Source: Eubacteriales bacterium (GTDB taxonomy: Bacteria > Bacillota > Clostridia > Oscillospirales > CAG-272). Taken from it: 64,000 nucleotides of DNA. The DNA lies in contig JAZNZE010000004.1 in assembly GCA_045594785.1 (NCBI GenBank), positions 39,254 through 103,253 of the forward strand, in the 5' to 3' direction. Shown in pieces: positions 62,178 to 64,000 of the stretch (positions within the stretch are counted from its first letter, which is position 1; every line of letters starts with the position of its first letter). The notes beneath the pieces are model-generated. The model searched no databases. It was given only the letters and a program-made list of their open reading frames with translations, and had not been told where the DNA came from. The position numbers and the translations under genes were made by a program.

Positions 62178-63005
62178 TTATTTCTTATATCTGAGCTGCC
62201 AAAAGGCTACCGCTGCCGCAGCTCCCACATTAAGCGAATCGACACCGTTTGACATAGGTATTTTTACGGTGTAATCGGATTTTTCGATTGTTTCTTTCAT
62301 AAGTCCCGTGCCTTCCGTGCCGAGAATAAGAGCCAGCTTTTCCTCAGCCATAAGCTCTCTGTCATCTATGCTTACCGAATTGTCCGACAGCGCCATAGCC
62401 GCGCACTTAAAGCCGTGTGACTTCAATAGGTCAATATCCTTTGGCCAGTCTTGTGGTGTATTGCCGATTTTTGCCCACGGAACGAGAAAAACAGTTCCCA
62501 TGCTTACACGCACCGCGCGTCTGCAAAGTGGGTCGCAGGAGGTTGGCGTTACAAGCACGGCATCTATTCCGAGCGCTGCTGCGGAGCGGAAAATCGCGCC
62601 CATATTCGTTGAATCGCAAACCGCCTCAAGCACCGCAATTCTTTTTGCGTTTTTCAGCACCTCGCAGGGTGTTTTCGGTTCGGGACGGCGCATAGCGCAC
62701 AGCGCGCCTCTTGTAAGCTCAAAGCCCGTAAGAGCGGTAAGCGTTTCTCTGCTTGCGGTGTATACCGGGATATCCGGGTGATTTTTTATAAGTCTTTCCA
62801 CCTCTCCCGTCTTTATCAGTCTTTCGTCCGTCAGGATAGATATAGGCTCGCAGCCGCCCTGCATCGCAACCTCGATTACGGTAGGGCTTTCCGCTATGAA
62901 AATGCCTTGTCCGTTCTCCTTTTTAGCCCTTAGCTCTGCACCCGTAAGCCGTACGTACACGTCAAGCAGAGGCGAGCAAAGACTGTCTATTTTCGTTACG
63001 TTCAT
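62178..63005 (-). CDS. TrmH/SpoU family RNA 2'-O-methyltransferase
   Basis: SPOUT motifs (AVLEAVCDSTNMGAIFRSAAALG, LILGTEGTGL, IPMSNGVDSLNVGAAAAVAFW). Confidence 0.85.
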   Translation of the reverse strand: MNVTKIDSLCSPLLDVYVRLTGAELRAKKENGQGIFIAESPTVIEVAMQGGCEPISILTDERLIKTGEVERLIKNHPDIPVYTASRETLTALTGFELTRGALCAMRRPEPKTPCEVLKNAKRIAVLEAVCDSTNMGAIFRSAAALGIDAVLVTPTSCDPLCRRAVRVSMGTVFLVPWAKIGNTPQDWPKDIDLLKSHGFKCAAMALSDNSVSIDDRELMAEEKLALILGTEGTGLMKETIEKSDYTVKIPMSNGVDSLNVGAAAAVAFWQLRYKK

Positions 63006-63006
63006 A

Positions 63007-63945
63007 TCAGCTGAGTCTCTTGTCCTTACCCTTGAAGAGCAGAATTCGGGAATCCGAACCGACTATTCTTGAATAAATGCGGTCCTCATATTTTTCCGAA
63101 AGCTCGGCAGGGGAGAGGTTGGTGGAAATAATAGTTGCGAGTCCCTTGTTCATTCTGGTGTTGAGGAGATTGTAGAGACAGGAAACCGTGAACTGACTTA
63201 TAAATTCTGTTCCCAGGTCATCAAGGATAAGAAGCTCGCATTCAAGATATTTCGTTCCCTCGGGCTCGTACGCACCGTAGCCGCTCTTGAATTTATCCTT
63301 TTCAAAGGCGGAAACGATATTCTGCGCGCTGTCGTAGAGCACCTCGACACCCTTTTCGATAAGCACCTTTGCAATAGAGGTGGATATATGGGTTTTTCCC
63401 GTACCCGTAGGACCTATGAGAAGAAGATTTTTTTCTTCCTTGCCGAAGCTTTCGGCAAATTCCTTGGCTGCGGCAAGATTTTTTTCCATAAGCTCCTTTG
63501 TTGCGGCGTCATAGCCGGCAAGCGAGAAGTTATCAAACGACTGCTTTTCGATAAGCCTTCCTATGCCCGAGGACTTTATATTTTCCTTTATGAGCATTTC
63601 ACGGAAGCAGGAGCACATAGCTGTGCCTACGAATCCCGTGTCCGAGCATTTTTTGCAGGTGTACTGCGGCTCGGTGTAATCTTCGGGGTAGCCGAGCGTT
63701 TTGAGCAGCTCGCGTCTGTTAGCGTTCAGAGAGAGATTTCTTTCTCTTATGGGAGCTATGTCAGCTCCGTCACAGGCTGTTTTAAAAAGCAGAAGACCGG
63801 TTTTCACAAGCTCCGCATCAATGATACGGATATCCTCAGAGGAGGCTCTTAGCTCGAGATTGCGGCGGTCAGCCTCGGCAATCGCGCCGAGTCTTCTTTT
63901 TTCTATCTCCGCTTTTACCTTTTGATAATTATCGTAGCCGTACAT
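63007..63945 (-). CDS. DnaC/DnaI-like helicase-loader AAA+ ATPase
   Basis: Zn-ribbon-like CKKCSDTGFVGTAMCSC, Walker A LLLIGPTGTGKTH and Walker B LLILDDLG. AAGGAG RBS. Confidence 0.8.
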   Translation of the reverse strand: MYGYDNYQKVKAEIEKRRLGAIAEADRRNLELRASSEDIRIIDAELVKTGLLLFKTACDGADIAPIRERNLSLNANRRELLKTLGYPEDYTEPQYTCKKCSDTGFVGTAMCSCFREMLIKENIKSSGIGRLIEKQSFDNFSLAGYDAATKELMEKNLAAAKEFAESFGKEEKNLLLIGPTGTGKTHISTSIAKVLIEKGVEVLYDSAQNIVSAFEKDKFKSGYGAYEPEGTKYLECELLILDDLGTEFISQFTVSCLYNLLNTRMNKGLATIISTNLSPAELSEKYEDRIYSRIVGSDSRILLFKGKDKRLS

Positions 63946-63956
63946 TTCTTTCTCCT

Positions 63957-64000
63957 TTATTCTTCGTCCTCGGAAGCTCCGTAGCTCCGCTCAAGTGCCT
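63957..64000 (-). CDS. 3' end of an upstream gene running off the right edge (unknown; acidic C-terminus ...ALERSYGASEDEE)
   Basis: Open frame on the minus strand ending at TAA (complement of 63957-63959), 11 nt before the DnaC-like start. Too short to assign. Confidence 0.3.
   Translation of the reverse strand, partial: ALERSYGASEDEE

Overview
This is a 64-kb chromosomal segment of a Firmicutes/Clostridia-type genome. It shows Gram-positive style RBSs, sigma-A promoters and intrinsic terminators, with greA-lysS, ribF-prmA-rsmE and pth-mfd neighbourhoods. I call about 56 protein-coding genes and one cobalamin riboswitch. I found no tRNA, rRNA, CRISPR array, transposase or integrase.

The left 5.5 kb is visibly more A+T-rich and clearly accessory. 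It holds the 3' end of an RHS/YD-repeat polymorphic toxin gene with a lipoprotein immunity candidate. Downstream are an extra immunity-like gene, a start-less orphan RHS tail cassette with a glycine-zipper membrane-toxin-like tail and a membrane immunity candidate, and a truncated third RHS relic.

The rest is mostly core metabolism and housekeeping:
- a nitrilase-GDPD fusion, a large six-hairpin enzyme, and an S41 and an S1C lipoprotein protease
- a MacB-type ABC fusion, a GH29 fucosidase, NadE, and two tandem serine-hydrolase paralogs
- a MATE exporter and a LysR-DctM unit
- a Crp/Fnr-linked oxidative or nitrosative stress cluster: LdhA, a 4Fe-4S protein, a four-domain flavodiiron protein, a rubredoxin missed by the ORF track, and a ZIP transporter
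- an AraC-linked sugar cluster with two AGE-family paralogs and a secreted beta-helix protein
- TrmH and a DnaC-like ATPase

The least explained signals are non-coding:
- Two elements (21944-22160 and a 200-bp tandem duplication at 32808-33170) share an unusual modular architecture. Direct copies of an 8-mer are separated by small hairpins and followed by inverted copies of the same 8-mer, also separated by small hairpins. The 8-mer differs between the two loci.
- A third dispersed repeat family sits directly after two stop codons (29958-30085, 51174-51369).

My best candidates for something undescribed are these modular hairpin/8-mer arrays, one of which abuts an orphan Avd-like four-helix-bundle gene, and the two unassigned RHS toxin/immunity pairs. 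All functional assignments come from motif recognition by eye; no database search was run.
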